A stretch of 63,801 nucleotides of DNA, the filler included, from Perkinsus chesapeaki ATCC PRA-425 (Eukaryota; Protista; Perkinsozoa), in NCBI GenBank assembly GCA_013115145.1. It is 5 parts of 5 records of this genome, joined end to end, with 100 filler letters (N's around TTAATTAATTAA, not from the genome) between each part and the next. Parts side by side here need not be neighbours in the genome. Positions count along the whole stretch, not along the records: positions 1 to 29,062 come from JAAPAO010000458.1; 4 more parts are not named here. One strand, written 5' to 3'. Of the stretch, positions 1 to 12,199 are shown one piece after another; the first letter of the stretch is position 1, and each line of letters begins with the position of its first letter. The position numbers and the translations under genes were made by a program. A model generated the notes under the pieces. It saw only the letters and a program-made list of their open reading frames with translations, was not told where the DNA came from and searched no databases.

Positions 1-761
1 GATATAATAGAAAGGAGTTTGATAGGAAATATGTTACTAGTGATACGGAGGAGGAGATATAATAGAAAGGAGTCTGACAAACGGTAGAAAAAAGTTTTGT
101 CCCTTTGTATGTCCAACATTCGATGGTTCTTCCTCGCATATCTGTTATAAAATCGGAGTCCGTCACTTTAAACGAACGTAATATCTGTTATAGAAATGAA
201 GGGGAAAGGAGGGTCGAGGTGAGATACGTTGAAATTGGGAAAATAGAATGACAGACTTTAAAACGAGCATCGAAAGTGAGTCACCTAGATACTTATATAG
301 GTAAGCGAAAGTGTTTAATGGCGAGCGACGGATTAGATATTGAACCTATATAGTTGATAGTACAAAGGAGCGGTATGGCAATTTTGATGTTAATAGAAAT
401 GAAGGAATGGGAAATGGTCAAATTTTCATAATCACGAGGTTAACCTTCCACGTATCATGCATGCATGAACCTAAGATACCAGTTATAAGGCAACTTCAAC
501 CCCTTCAAAGTGTGTCAACCAAACTGAGCACAATGTATCCCCTTTGGAGTCTCGAATCTTGCAAGATCTTGCAATCTTGAAATTCCTAAGTTAATCGATT
601 ATACCCGAGACGGCTATTCATTCCTTGTTCTTAGTGCGCTAGATCCATCAACAGGCATTCTTCTTAACCAATTCTGACAAGTGATTTTACTACTGTTAAG
701 GACGCTCTTGAAATCTTGCTGGTAAAAAGATTCTTTTAGCTCCAATTGAATCGTCTCCAAA

Positions 762-1464
762 ATGACCGTCGATCCCAAGATTATGAAGGCAGCCAAGAAG
801 GAGGGCACGAAGGCCGGTCACGATATTGCCGGTATGTCCGCTATGGGTGGCATGCAGTAAGTTTAAATATACTCATAATGGCTTTAATTTCCTCTAGGTT
901 CTTCGTGAAGGCTCTTTCCTCGGCCGAGGGTGATATGGAGGCTCTTCAAGCTGCTGTTGCCGAGATGAATAACGAGACCTCTGATCTCGGAATGTAGGTT
1001 CTTTAATTTTCCGAAGCTTATAGGTATTTTTTCCGGAAAATTTCCCGTATTTTCCAGAATTTTCCGATTTTTCCGTTATTATTTTCCGATAATTTTCCGT
1101 TTTTTAGCATGTCAATCTCTGACGGTACCGGCAAGTTGTCCATCCACTGCCGCATCCCCGCCAATAAGACCGAGAGCGTCTCGGCCAAGGACTGGGTAAG
1201 ATTCTTTCGACATTTTCGTGAAAGATATTTCCCTATCAGGTTGCAGCATCTATCAAATCTCTCGGTTTCGAAGTCCCTGAGGATGCCACCGACGAGCTTG
1301 TCGAGACTACCTTGATCCCCAAGGAAGGCCAGTTCCCGATCAAGATGAAGGATGAGATCATCGGACAGGCTTTCGAGTTCCTTAAACAGAAGGGACTCTT
1401 CCTTGATGATGACGAGTCTGATGATGACTTCGTTTTCGGTGATGATGATCTCGGATCCTTCTAA
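762..1464 (+). CDS. Four-exon conserved hypothetical protein (~170 aa) with an acidic C-terminal tail
   Basis: Exons 762-856, 898-993, 1108-1195 and 1240-1464 join in frame across GT-AG introns: MTVDPKIMKAAKKEGTKAGHDIAGMSAMGGMQFFVKAL...KDWVAASIKSLGF...FPIKMKDEIIGQAFEFLKQKGLFLDDDESDDDFVFGDDDLGSF*. Function not assigned. Confidence 0.8.
1025..1105. repeat. Intronic low-complexity TTTTCCG-type array (phased T-tracts)
   Basis: Repeated ttttccg/ttttccag units about 10-12 bp apart inside intron 994-1107. Confidence 0.7.
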
Positions 1465-2523
1465 ACGTTCTGAGGCAGTAGTTGCTTAAAAGACGATTTC
1501 CATCTCGAGTTGGAGGCGTTTTTGTTAGTTATAGTTAACAAGGGGATGGTCAGGAGCAATTCTAATGGAAAATACGTAATAAATATTTCTACTATTGCAA
1601 TCGTTGAGGGTAGTTGAGATAAAATCTGGCCGAATGGTGAAGGTTGCGAAACTCGTTATTATGTTGATTTCTTGGCGAACGTATCTGGATATACCAATAG
1701 TGGTGCTCAGTAGGTCGGACAAAGATTCATTTGAGAATTCCCCAATTTCATTTTTATTCAGGAGAGCCTCTTGGAGCGGATAGAAAAGAAGGTTCTTGTG
1801 AGGCCTCTTTTTGGTACCACTTTCGACCGTGTGTGTTGTCGGCGATTGCACTGTTTAATCTAGAATGCAATCGAGTTTCATTGCGACTCAGCTCGCGTCG
1901 CATCGTCCATACTTCCTTAATCTTGACCATTATTATATGCATAATAAGACCTTCGAGAGGCTGGTGAACAGTCATACAGTAATTGTCAATCGAAGGGGAG
2001 CAGGAAAGTTGGTGAGCGAAAAATGGTGGAGGATCGACTGGTAAAGCGAATCTGTATTAGCGCCAGAATCACAATAGGCTATGAAGTTGGTGGTGGCGAG
2101 CAGGGAACCATCTGGATTCGCGGAAATTCTGACAAAAGTTATTTCTGGAGCAAGAAGTAGAGGTCGAATGCAATCCTTCTGGGCTTGGCGCTGAATGTTG
2201 CTGGCTATGATGTTAGCGAAGGGAGAATATCGGAATTTGCCTTGACAATTTTAAGAATTATATAATGATTACCGTTACTTGTATTTGGGGGTCTTCCGCA
2301 TACTGTACCAGGCCAGGGTTGAGAAGCTGCGCGTATCCGCACTCCTATGAGGTTACCTGGTGGAAGATATGGAATAATTTATGAGAATACCTATTATATG
2401 GGTCTAAGATAGATGGTATGAAGCAGACGTGTAGAAGATTATAATAGTGATTAGGAGAAAATAAACAAATAGATAAGCTAGAGTTCATTACCATCTTCTA
2501 GCAGTTGCTCTTTTCATTGCTCT

Positions 2524-4070
2524 ATGAGCGTCGTTGAGGAGGACAGATCTCGAGTCTCATCAACAACGCCGGTGATGCACCCGAAAAAGAAGCCTCTTCT
2601 ACGAGTTCCCCTCTGGCTCTACTTTGTAAGATTCTTTAAATTCATTATTGATAATTTTGGATCAGACGATTGCCAGTTTGGTTGCCACTATCATCGCTAC
2701 TGCAATCAATGTTGGTGTGGCATATGCGATGTATCCTCCGGAGACGGCCGCTAAAACGTGTGAGTCGGGACTAGGGAACTTCGTAAACAGTATGAGACCT
2801 CGAGTTTTTATGGTAATTATGAAAATATATATTTATAAGTATATATTTCATAATGTTTATTATTATACCCAAGGATGATTCTTGGCTTTATTATTATTCC
2901 CTCTCTCAGCTGTATGGGCATGGCCAAGTACCATCTGCGGTGATCTGGTTATCACCGCTGGGGCATCCTTCTTGGTGACATGGATGCTATCCCCTACAAT
3001 GGCGTTGAATGATTTCATAGTCAGGTGGGGGGGGGGCTTATATGGGAGGGGAGGAGGAGGAAAGTCAGATCTTAGAAGGACCGCATTCGATAAATTGATT
3101 GTATAAAATTCACTACATGTACTAGATTTTAAACTTCAAACGGACTCTTGGAATATCTCATCTGTCCTTGGCATTTTTCGGGAAACATATTAATTTTATC
3201 GTTTATAATGTTCTACACTTAATCTTTATATAAATAGTAGTATTTTTATAATATTTGTGATATTTTTATTTTTCGGTGTGATGGATTTCGAGCCATTTTC
3301 TTTGCCCGTGAAACACCTTTCTGTTGTATTATTTTTCTTGTATTTTTTGGAGTCATATTCTTGTTGTTTAGGTTCCCGATAGAAACGAAGCCGTGCAGTT
3401 TTCCTAAGGTCACGCGGAAGCTTCATCCGTGGCTGATGATTAATCCGCTGTTCGGGAACGATCTGGAGAACCCAATGCCAAAATGTAGTGGGACGGATTT
3501 GCTGGCTGAAATTAATTGATCATCTTTGGTGTTATAAAAATGAAAGGGGTATTTTTTTATATCATTGCATATTGAGATATTCGGAGGGGTCAGATTGTGG
3601 GAAGGCTCGAAATCTTAGGAGTACCAAATCTAGCTGGGGGGAGGTTCACTAGTTTGGTCTGGCCTTTTTCCCACGTGGTGACACCACTGTGGTGCAACAT
3701 CGTATCATATTCGGGGGACATTTTTCCAGAAGGAATGCACTCGATGATTTCCCGCTGGAGTTTAGGAAGTACATATTTTCTATCATAAGTACCACTGTAT
3801 CTTAACTTTTCTGACCGAGCAGGACATCTCTACGAGATTACTTCGTGACCTTATTTCCTATCCTGCCAGGCACCGCACTTGGCCGCCAAATCCGCATGGG
3901 AGTTATCGGTGGTCTAACGCTGGCAGGGGTAAGCTCGGTGATGATCTTCGACTAGAATATCTGCGAGGTGTTTTTGTTTTATCAGACTTGGGGTATAATA
4001 TTGTCTTTGTTTATGATGATTCATCCGCTGCCGTGGACCCAGAGCGATTTGGTAATATGAGGGAAAGTTG
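2524..4070 (+). CDS. Hypothetical multi-exon membrane protein (3' boundary uncertain)
   Basis: ATG 2524 (MSVVEEDRSR...LWLYF), then hydrophobic exons (TIASLVATIIATAINVGVAYAM; LLFPLSAVWAWP; DYFVTLFPILPGTALGRQIRMGVIGGL) separated by GT-AG introns. Confidence 0.4.
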
Positions 4071-5726
4071 TCTTATGTTGCTTTTTTTGTTATTATATAA
4101 CCTTTAATTTCATTATATAACCCAAAGCAAAATGATTTCACTAGAGTGCAAATATATGCTTCTATACGACTGATAATAACAGTATAAAGTAACGTTACAG
4201 TTTATATAATAATATTGTTTATATTATTAATATAGGTCATTAACGAAATGAATGAGAATTACTGCTTTCCCCAATTTTCTATCAATACGCTTATAAACGC
4301 TTTTCGTTTTCCCTCCTCCCTCTTTTATTAACTCATCTTAGTGGAACTCTCTTAAAAGGTACACCTGGTGTGCTCTAGACTGTAGTCTGGGCTGATAAAA
4401 AGCTTTCATTTATTTCGTTTTCGCTCTTGCTATCAAGCCATTACTTACTTTCTCAAAATGTACGCTTCGAGTGTTCAACACGAAATTCTCCTCCAAGAAG
4501 CTTGTATTTTCTATTGTTTATCTTTTTCTGCCTTATACTGCCTATTACTTATCTGCCTGATTTTCCCTTTTATAGTATTCCTTTTCTTTAGGCCCTCCTA
4601 AAAGGTACCTATGGCGCAGTAACCGAGATAATATGTGTTGTATTTGCACTGGGGGTATTGGTTGTTCAAGTGTCACCCAGAATGAATTCGGAGGCCTCCG
4701 CATCATCATCGGCTGCAGCTGAGGCCAGGGCAGGCTCAACGTCGCCGGCGGACCGGGTTTAGGTGGCTGAACCTATTAAAATTATTGCCGATTTCTGCTA
4801 CTTTTATTTGATCAATCTGGTATATTATTCGAAATTGACGACCTGAAATGGATAGTGGTGTTGCTTTTGTTAATATTGAGAACATTTTTGGTTGGAGTAG
4901 ATTTGCCAAGAGTTCATCAGATGTTGGGGCATTGATAGTCTCATATAACCATGCATGCATTATTATTAGGAGACAGATTGTGTGAAGGCTTGAATTCATA
5001 GGAGTACTAAGTCGATCTGAGGGGTTCACCAGTTTTTCCTGGCCTCTATTCAAGTGGTGTAGTATCATATTCAGGGAGTCCTAGGGGAACACCAGAGGTT
5101 ACGGTTGGGGCCGCCCCAACATCTCTTAAAGCCCCTAACTTAGGGGCAGCTCATGTTCACTTTTAATAGTCTAGGAACATTTCCTAGCCAAATTGTACTC
5201 TTTTTGGTTCACCTTTTACGGAGGGTAATGGCGGATAGAAAGGGCATTCCAGTGAACGTATGTACTTTGGGGAAGATATCAGCTCGGATAGTCGAGAGTG
5301 GGAAGTATCTTGTCAGTTTTTCTTATCATGAGGAGTCTTATGCTGCTGATATTGGGGTTGGTGCCGTCAAGTGAGGCGGTTTTTGGCGGTCACAGGAGGT
5401 ACTAAGATTTGGGAAATTAGGGTCCTATTGGATACTAGGAGATTCGGTACTTACAGGTGTCTTCGTTCGTATTTATTCTGTTTTTATTGCTGATACTTTA
5501 TCTTTTTTTCAAATACCAATTTTCTAATTACTTTAACCTGCCCTTTGTTTTGAGATGTCTCCATTCTATTTAAATCACTTTACGTTTCATGTGGTGTCTC
5601 TTCTTGGCAAGTCCGTCATTCGATTTGTCTAAGTTGAAAATCGCCGGTGCTCTCTGGTTCGAATTGGTGTGCCTTATTTTTATATTGATTTATTCTCAAG
5701 GCGTTCAGTCTGTTCTTTCAGAAGTA

Positions 5727-6688
5727 TGGCACCACCTTCGACGCCTGGATTGATACGACCATCATCATTTTTGCAAGCTCTCCATGTCGAGGACACGTCG
5801 GCTGAAACTATTGTAGTACAAAAGAAGGCTGGCGGGGAACTATCCTGAGGGAACTATCCGTTGCAGGTCCGGAACGCGTTGAAGGAATATATACAGGCTG
5901 ATGAGTTCTACTTATCGTACTTTGATATGTTGGATGATACTATGAAGGAGAGGTAGTGAAGGGGAGACATGGATATGCTCAACTGTGTCGTCGGCATCGC
6001 CGGCGAACCCGAAATCCCCAATTGACGAGCTTGACATGAGGTGGAATATGGATAAGATTGCAATGAACGGACTGATGGGGGGGGTGACATCATTTAGGGA
6101 TGATCGCAACAAACTGGGACATTATTATAAATTTATTTGGTAGTCTTCGCGATACAAAAAACTGTTATTTCGTACCGAAATTTCTCAGAAATGTCTTCAT
6201 ATCGCACTCCAGCTAGACTCCGATCTCATAATCCGTTTTGTTTAGACCTCTCCTGATAGGTCGCTGGTCGCATGGGAAATGTGCTTTCTCTCTCTGGAAT
6301 TCGCCATAGGCTGCGGGAATTGTGCCGTGTTGATTTATTTCGGCTCATTAAGGTGTTTCAGGTTCAGTCACGCGCACCCTATTGAGCAAGATATCCAGAA
6401 AATAATAAGGCTCACTCTGCGTTAAGATGCGCATGAAACTCTCCCGGAGAACTTCTTCCGTTTTCAGGCCAATACGACGAGTATGTGGATGAGGTGAACA
6501 CTGCAATGAGACAGGCGTTGCAGATTTATGGAAGAGACGCCGCTTCATTTACGCAGAAAGTTTTGATGCCCCAAGTTGAAGAGGATGATGTAGTATTCAG
6601 TGGGGCTGGGCGGGCGGGGTTGGATTGTATGGGCGATGGAGGGAATAGGGGGGAGGCAAAAACGTCTGTAGTGCTGGCTTCCGGTTGA
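5727..6688 (+). CDS. Hypothetical multi-exon protein(s)
   Basis: Protein-like exon segments MAPPSTPGLIRPSSFLQALHVED, VRNALKEYIQADEFYLSYFDMLDD and QYDEYVDEVNTAMRQALQIYG with splice-like flanks. The full model was not resolved. Confidence 0.3.
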
Positions 6689-6779
6689 TTTATTATTGTA
6701 ATAATAATTATTGTACCTTAATTTATCATACTAATAATAGTATGATTATCTGTTAGTATGCTGCTATTCTTCTGACATG

Positions 6780-8841
6780 GTGACATGTCTCTCTCCAGGC
6801 GGTGAATATTAAATTGTTAGTTCTTGTGCTCCTCTTCTTAGCTGTCGGGAATTAGCTCGCAAGTGAGCTCTCTGCATTTCAGTTGGTATTGGCTAAGAAG
6901 GCTCATCAGCTTACAGGATTGGTATTAAAGTTATTGGATGTTGTCCGAAGGAAAGGAAGGCATGAAACTAAGGGAACAGAGACTATGATGTAATGATGGG
7001 TGAAGGGGAAGTCAAGGACTGAAGCAACATTATAATATTTTACGACATTATACACTCAGAAAGTTGACCTCTGAAGGAGGTTAACCGAAACTCGTTCTGT
7101 CTATTACGCCATTTGAAGATTCAATTACTAAAAGCCCAGATTCTGGGCGTCAGAAAAGATTAATACATAAAAGATGTATACCCAATTAATTGGTTCTGGG
7201 CTAACTTGGTTCATTGGTCTCGTCAGTTTTGCGAGTCGCTAAAGCTACTGTTGTATATCCGGGAGACTTATGGGCGGCTCCTAACTACATGCTCGTCGGT
7301 TTGTATCTCCGAAAGTTTCAGTTCCAGGCCATTCCGGGGAGCCGCGTTGTTTAGGCATATATTAGCTTTTGTATATTTTACACACGATAGCTGTCCATGT
7401 CAGAAATCTGATCGGAAGCGAGTTCAAGCAGTTGGAGCAGACATACAAGAAACCGACTGAGTTCAGAAAAACAGAGTCCCTTAACGCATATTTGAAGGCG
7501 GCATTTGGCGACGTGTAGTATTCGTATTAAAATTTCGTCGGTGGGAATCGAACATGGGTTAGTCCGGCGGATGCTGACATTGATAGTCAAGTGAGGCTGA
7601 TGCAGAAGCATATAGCGAGGATGACGAAGGCTGAGCCAGTGGAGGCGGCAGAGCATGAGCATTCGGTACTAGGGGGCACATGGGCGATTATCATGTTGAG
7701 ATCTGGATGGAACTTAATACGAGTGTCCGATGGGAAGTTATCCATTTTAAGGATTGAGCGATTATGTGAATGGCCGGTAGGACATCTGTATGGGATTTTA
7801 ACTGAGTGGTATTTCAGTTGAGAGATTTCGACGTGCTCGACGGGCTTCGTTTTGCGGTGGACGTATAGAGAACGTTGGGATTGTTGTAACTTTCAGGCAG
7901 TTGCGAGACTAGGCTTGGAATTGGAGAAGTATGATCCTGATGAAGGAGTGACGATTTTACGTGAGTCGAGGGGATTGGACTGAGAAGTGATTTCAGTGTG
8001 TAGTGGAGGAAATCATATGCACTAGAACACTTGAGTTGTGGTGTCAGTGGTGGCACACCTGATTCTAGCATAAGGAATAGTTTAACTAGCCCCTGTGAGG
8101 AAATTTGGAAATCGTATATTTGCATTGGCGGTCTGTCACCGATTAGTCTTTTGTCGAACCTCTAAGGGATCTAGTGAAGCGTTCTCCAATTTAACTTGGG
8201 GAGCGGGAGTCGTATATAATATATATTATATATCTAGCTCCGGAGCGAAGAAGCTTGTAGGGGATAGACTACTAAATTAGTAGATTAGTAGTACTAGTAT
8301 AGTCTTAAGTACGTAAATATGTTTTTTGTATTGTTATGATAATGATGTCTCTCAGCAACTGGCGCTGAGGATGAGGGCGGTGCCGGGGAGACCCAAGATG
8401 AACAGGAAGGTGAGGCTTGTTGGAACATGACGACTTATGAATTATGCGTACCGCTTTAGAAGGAGAAAACGACTCTGGAGAAGGGGGTGATGAAGAGAAC
8501 GATGAGGGCAGTTTCATGCAACTAGGTGGTAGCAGATATAATGGTGGGAGGCAGATTGCATGGTTAAGGTAACATGGACACTCCTTACCGCATGGCGATC
8601 TTGACGTCTGAGATGGACCTGCTCAACTACGAGGGAAGACTTTTGGAGTTGGCAAAGTTCACAGCACCTCAAATGGATTATGTAATGGGGGTGGCTGGCT
8701 GGTGTAGATGGAAAAGCTTGGAATTTCGGGTAGGGCTAGGAGTCTCTTCAAAATCCTGTGACCCCGGACAGTCGGGCGCCGTTTACTGACTCGGAACAGG
8801 AATTTATTACACGATTTTACGATGCCTTGTTCAAGGAATAA
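6780..8841 (+). CDS. Hypothetical multi-exon protein (start uncertain)
   Basis: Exons NLIGSEFKQLEQTYKKPTEFRKTESLNAYLKAAFGD|VPADADIDSQVRLMQKHIARMTK join in frame over intron 7515-7562. Terminal exon ESLQNPVTPDSRAPFTDSEQEFITRFYDALFKE* (TAA 8839-8841). Confidence 0.45.
7535..7562 (-). pseudogene. Degenerate tRNA 3' fragment (T-loop/B-box) in an intron, antisense to the host gene
   Basis: Reverse complement reads ...ccatGTTCGATTCCcaccgacga-aattt, a 10/11 match to GGTTCGANNCC. The T-stem pairs poorly. Confidence 0.4.
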
Positions 8842-9079
8842 GCTATAGCTAGAATTACTAGACTCGGGCGGGAACATCCCGGCTCCCGATTTTTCAGCTT
8901 AGGCTTCGAGGACGACCGCATCTCGGTGAAGTGAGGGCGGCCTGCATAGGGTCGTAGACGTATTGTAGCTGGACTAGAGCTTGGGTCCGGGCTACCGAGA
9001 AGCAAATTTTACGGTCGCTAACAAGACAGTGCACTGCATACATTGGTAAAAGATAGGTGAGGGTGCCTCATGCATAAGC

Positions 9080-10560
9080 TGACTTGTATGTCAAGGATGT
9101 GGAAGAGATGAGCGGGAGTCCTGAGGTTTTATATCAAAAGGGATTGGACAATAGCGCGATGAACACCGTTGATCGTGCTATTTTCCAAAGTACCGAGTTG
9201 CCGCATAGGGATTACAGTCTGCCATAGACCACAATTATGGACGTTATCGGCGGCTTCATTTCACATTCTATAGGCAGCCGTTGCAGACATCGAAAGGTGG
9301 GACTTCCTAGTTGCCGCGATGTGCGTGACAGTGAGGGCTGCTATCTTGGACGGTATCACGATGGAGCCGCCGATTCCGATTCCGCGTGAAGTTACATCAA
9401 TAGCGAAGGTTGCTTTGTTCGACCCCAATTGTGCTGGTAATGATAAACAGGATCTCCTACAATGATGCTCACGCTGATGGGTTTTCATGTTCAAAGTCCG
9501 TCTCGTGGGCTAGACTCTTCGATGGCATCACTCTCGACAGGCCTGTGGACTGCAAACGGCGAATCTTGGTCAGCAAAACATATCAACGATGTGCTGTTTC
9601 CTAGAAACATCTGATATGCACAACGAACCGCTTTTTTCTAATATCACTAGTGACTCAGAGGCCCAAGGGACATCCTGATATTCCACAGCTTGATAATAGT
9701 CATTCAAGGTGGCTGATTCCCTGACATGGAATTCCTGTGGAACGTCCACTGTGGAGCGAAGTCTCTAGAATATGATAGACATTTTTACTGCTCCAGTGAA
9801 AGGTCTTCGAATCATCAGCGTTGAGTTTGATTGTCAAACTGGTAAAATTCTGGCTGGAGAATTTTCGAATCCCAAGTGCTCGTGTTTTTATTGCTATTTC
9901 AGGTGCAGGAGAGGATTTTGCGACACACAGTATTACTCAAGAGGCAGTCGAGTTTGGTGGGAAAACCGTGGAGTAATTTAGTGGCGCGTGACGAATAGCA
10001 GGAAGGGGTTGGCATCTGTTTAGAGGAGGATGACCAAAGCACTCAAATCAACTATCAACATCCGTGGCCGGAGAAGACTAAGAAAATAACTGTCACAGAT
10101 GGGGTAGGAAAGGATGGGAAATCGCACGCAAAGTGCGTGTGGGCGTAACTGTGCAGTCTTTCTGCTGTACTATTTCAAAATCAGACAAACCCTTTGAGGA
10201 CTTATCTGTATTGTATGCAAGCAAGGAGAAAATTCCTGCTAATATCAATGATGATAGTACTTGGCATTCTAGACTGTTTCATTTGTATTGTATCTTTTTT
10301 ACTTAAGGAACTGTAACACAATCCTACCAAGCGGTTAAACTGAAGATTGTCCGTCCCTCGATGTCCTGGTGTCAAGATCCGTCTATTATGGGCTGTATTG
10401 AGTATTACTTCAGACTGTTATTGGCACCTTTGAAGTCGGCATATCCAAAATGGATAAGCTGGAGGATCTCAATACTATTGCACGTAAGCGCTGTGGAATA
10501 TTTAGCTTCAAGCTTGCCTACGAGCGAGATGAAGATCTATGAATTCCTCCGTGGAGTCTT
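9080..10560 (+). CDS. Hypothetical multi-exon protein
   Basis: Splice-flanked protein-like segments AVADIERWDFLVAAMCVTVRAAILDG... and TVIGTFEVGISKMDKLEDLNTIA. Boundaries are approximate. Confidence 0.3.
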
Positions 10561-12199
10561 AAATTCCTGCTACCGGAAGAAGGCCTCCGCTAGATGGAGG
10601 ATCTTCACTGTTGAGATGGCGTATTCTCTCCCGAAGATATCATTATCAACTTTATTAAACATACTGTAAATTATAATAATATAAGTACTTCTGTACGTTT
10701 CACAGTATTTTTGTAGAGCCGTTTTCACTTCTTTGTCTCAGATAAGCCCAATGCGGAGACTCTGTAAGCGTTCCTTTGTTACTTTTTCGTCTCGATTAGC
10801 TTCGGTTATGTCAGAGTTGCCGCGGAGGGAGAGGAGCTTGTTTACTCTGGTGAAGGTGAGTTCGATACCACTCCAGCAGTAGCGACGCTTTCCGAGGTGA
10901 GAGAATTCCGGGGCCAAAAAAAATAATAATTTTTTCTAGGAAGCGTCTTCGTCGAAAGCAAGCTACGATGAGGGCCTGGCTCGTGTGAATCATCTCTTGC
11001 TGTAGGACGGTTCGGTGAGAATCTGAGTTTTTAGCGGGTTTGGTTTTAGGGACGATGAAACTTCTGGGGGAGGAGAGGGAGGAGAGGGTGAAGAAGAGGG
11101 TAATAATGGATGCATCTCATCATTGGGAACTCGGCCAAAAAATGTTCCTGAAAGTTTTCGATGACTGAACATAGAACTAGAGTTGACGCTCCAGTCTAAA
11201 CCGTTCACGTTCATCAGTGGAAGCGGTGTGATTCCCTTATCGTGGTTTTTACTGTGTCGCCGATCACTTTGGTGAGTGTCATGATATCGGTAATCGCTTC
11301 AAGTCTACCAGAAGGGAGGGTGATATAGTGACCATCAGTATTGTGGTAATAACAATACTATTTTTATATCTCACGAGGTGTGACTCTGGCACGGTAAACA
11401 CTTTTCCACGCAAGCTCAACACTGAGCTTCGTCCGCTTCTCCCAAGGTTTCTTATTGATGTAGTACGGCGCGTTTTATGAATTGTTTCAATTATAGTATT
11501 AAACGTCGGAGGGCTGAAATTAGGAATGGATGAGTCGTAATAGTTGGAAGTGGTAGGAGGCATTGAATTAGGTGATGATGACGATAATGCACCGTCTGGA
11601 GAGGAAACGGAGGGGGAAGAAGGAGAGAACGGTGGAGAGGAGGAGGAAGGAGAAGAGTCTTTGGTTGAAAGAAAGGTTATAAAGGATGGGCTTGCTTACC
11701 TGTGGAAACCGTATCTATCGAACATGCTGCTCCTATAGGGCTCAGTCATAGTTGAATGGTGAACGGGTAATGTGCGTGTAACTTGAAGTAACCCGTGACA
11801 CTTCAGTGCGTATTACGGGAAATAAAAGTGCAAAGCAAACATCATCAACCATTTACAACGGGTAATGTGATAGTGATATGGTAGGACATACGGGGTGGTG
11901 TTAATGGAAATAGTAAAGCATCTAGACGTCCTTGAAAGATACAGAAAAGGTCTAGTATGGGTCATCTCGATAGGCTCGTTCGAGAGGGGAGCTCACTTAA
12001 AGGAGTAATCATTCCGCTATATGAATAAAAATTCAATGGATGTGTTGGGCTGGGGTCTATCAGCGAGCTGGAGCGAAGCGACGATTGTATTGAAAACCCG
12101 AGGAGATGCGTCGAGGGTCCTTTTATGGTTTGGGAAATCTACCAATTAATATCAGTCAGTCTGAACTAAGGCGTAAGATGGTCGCAAATTTAGGCGGAG

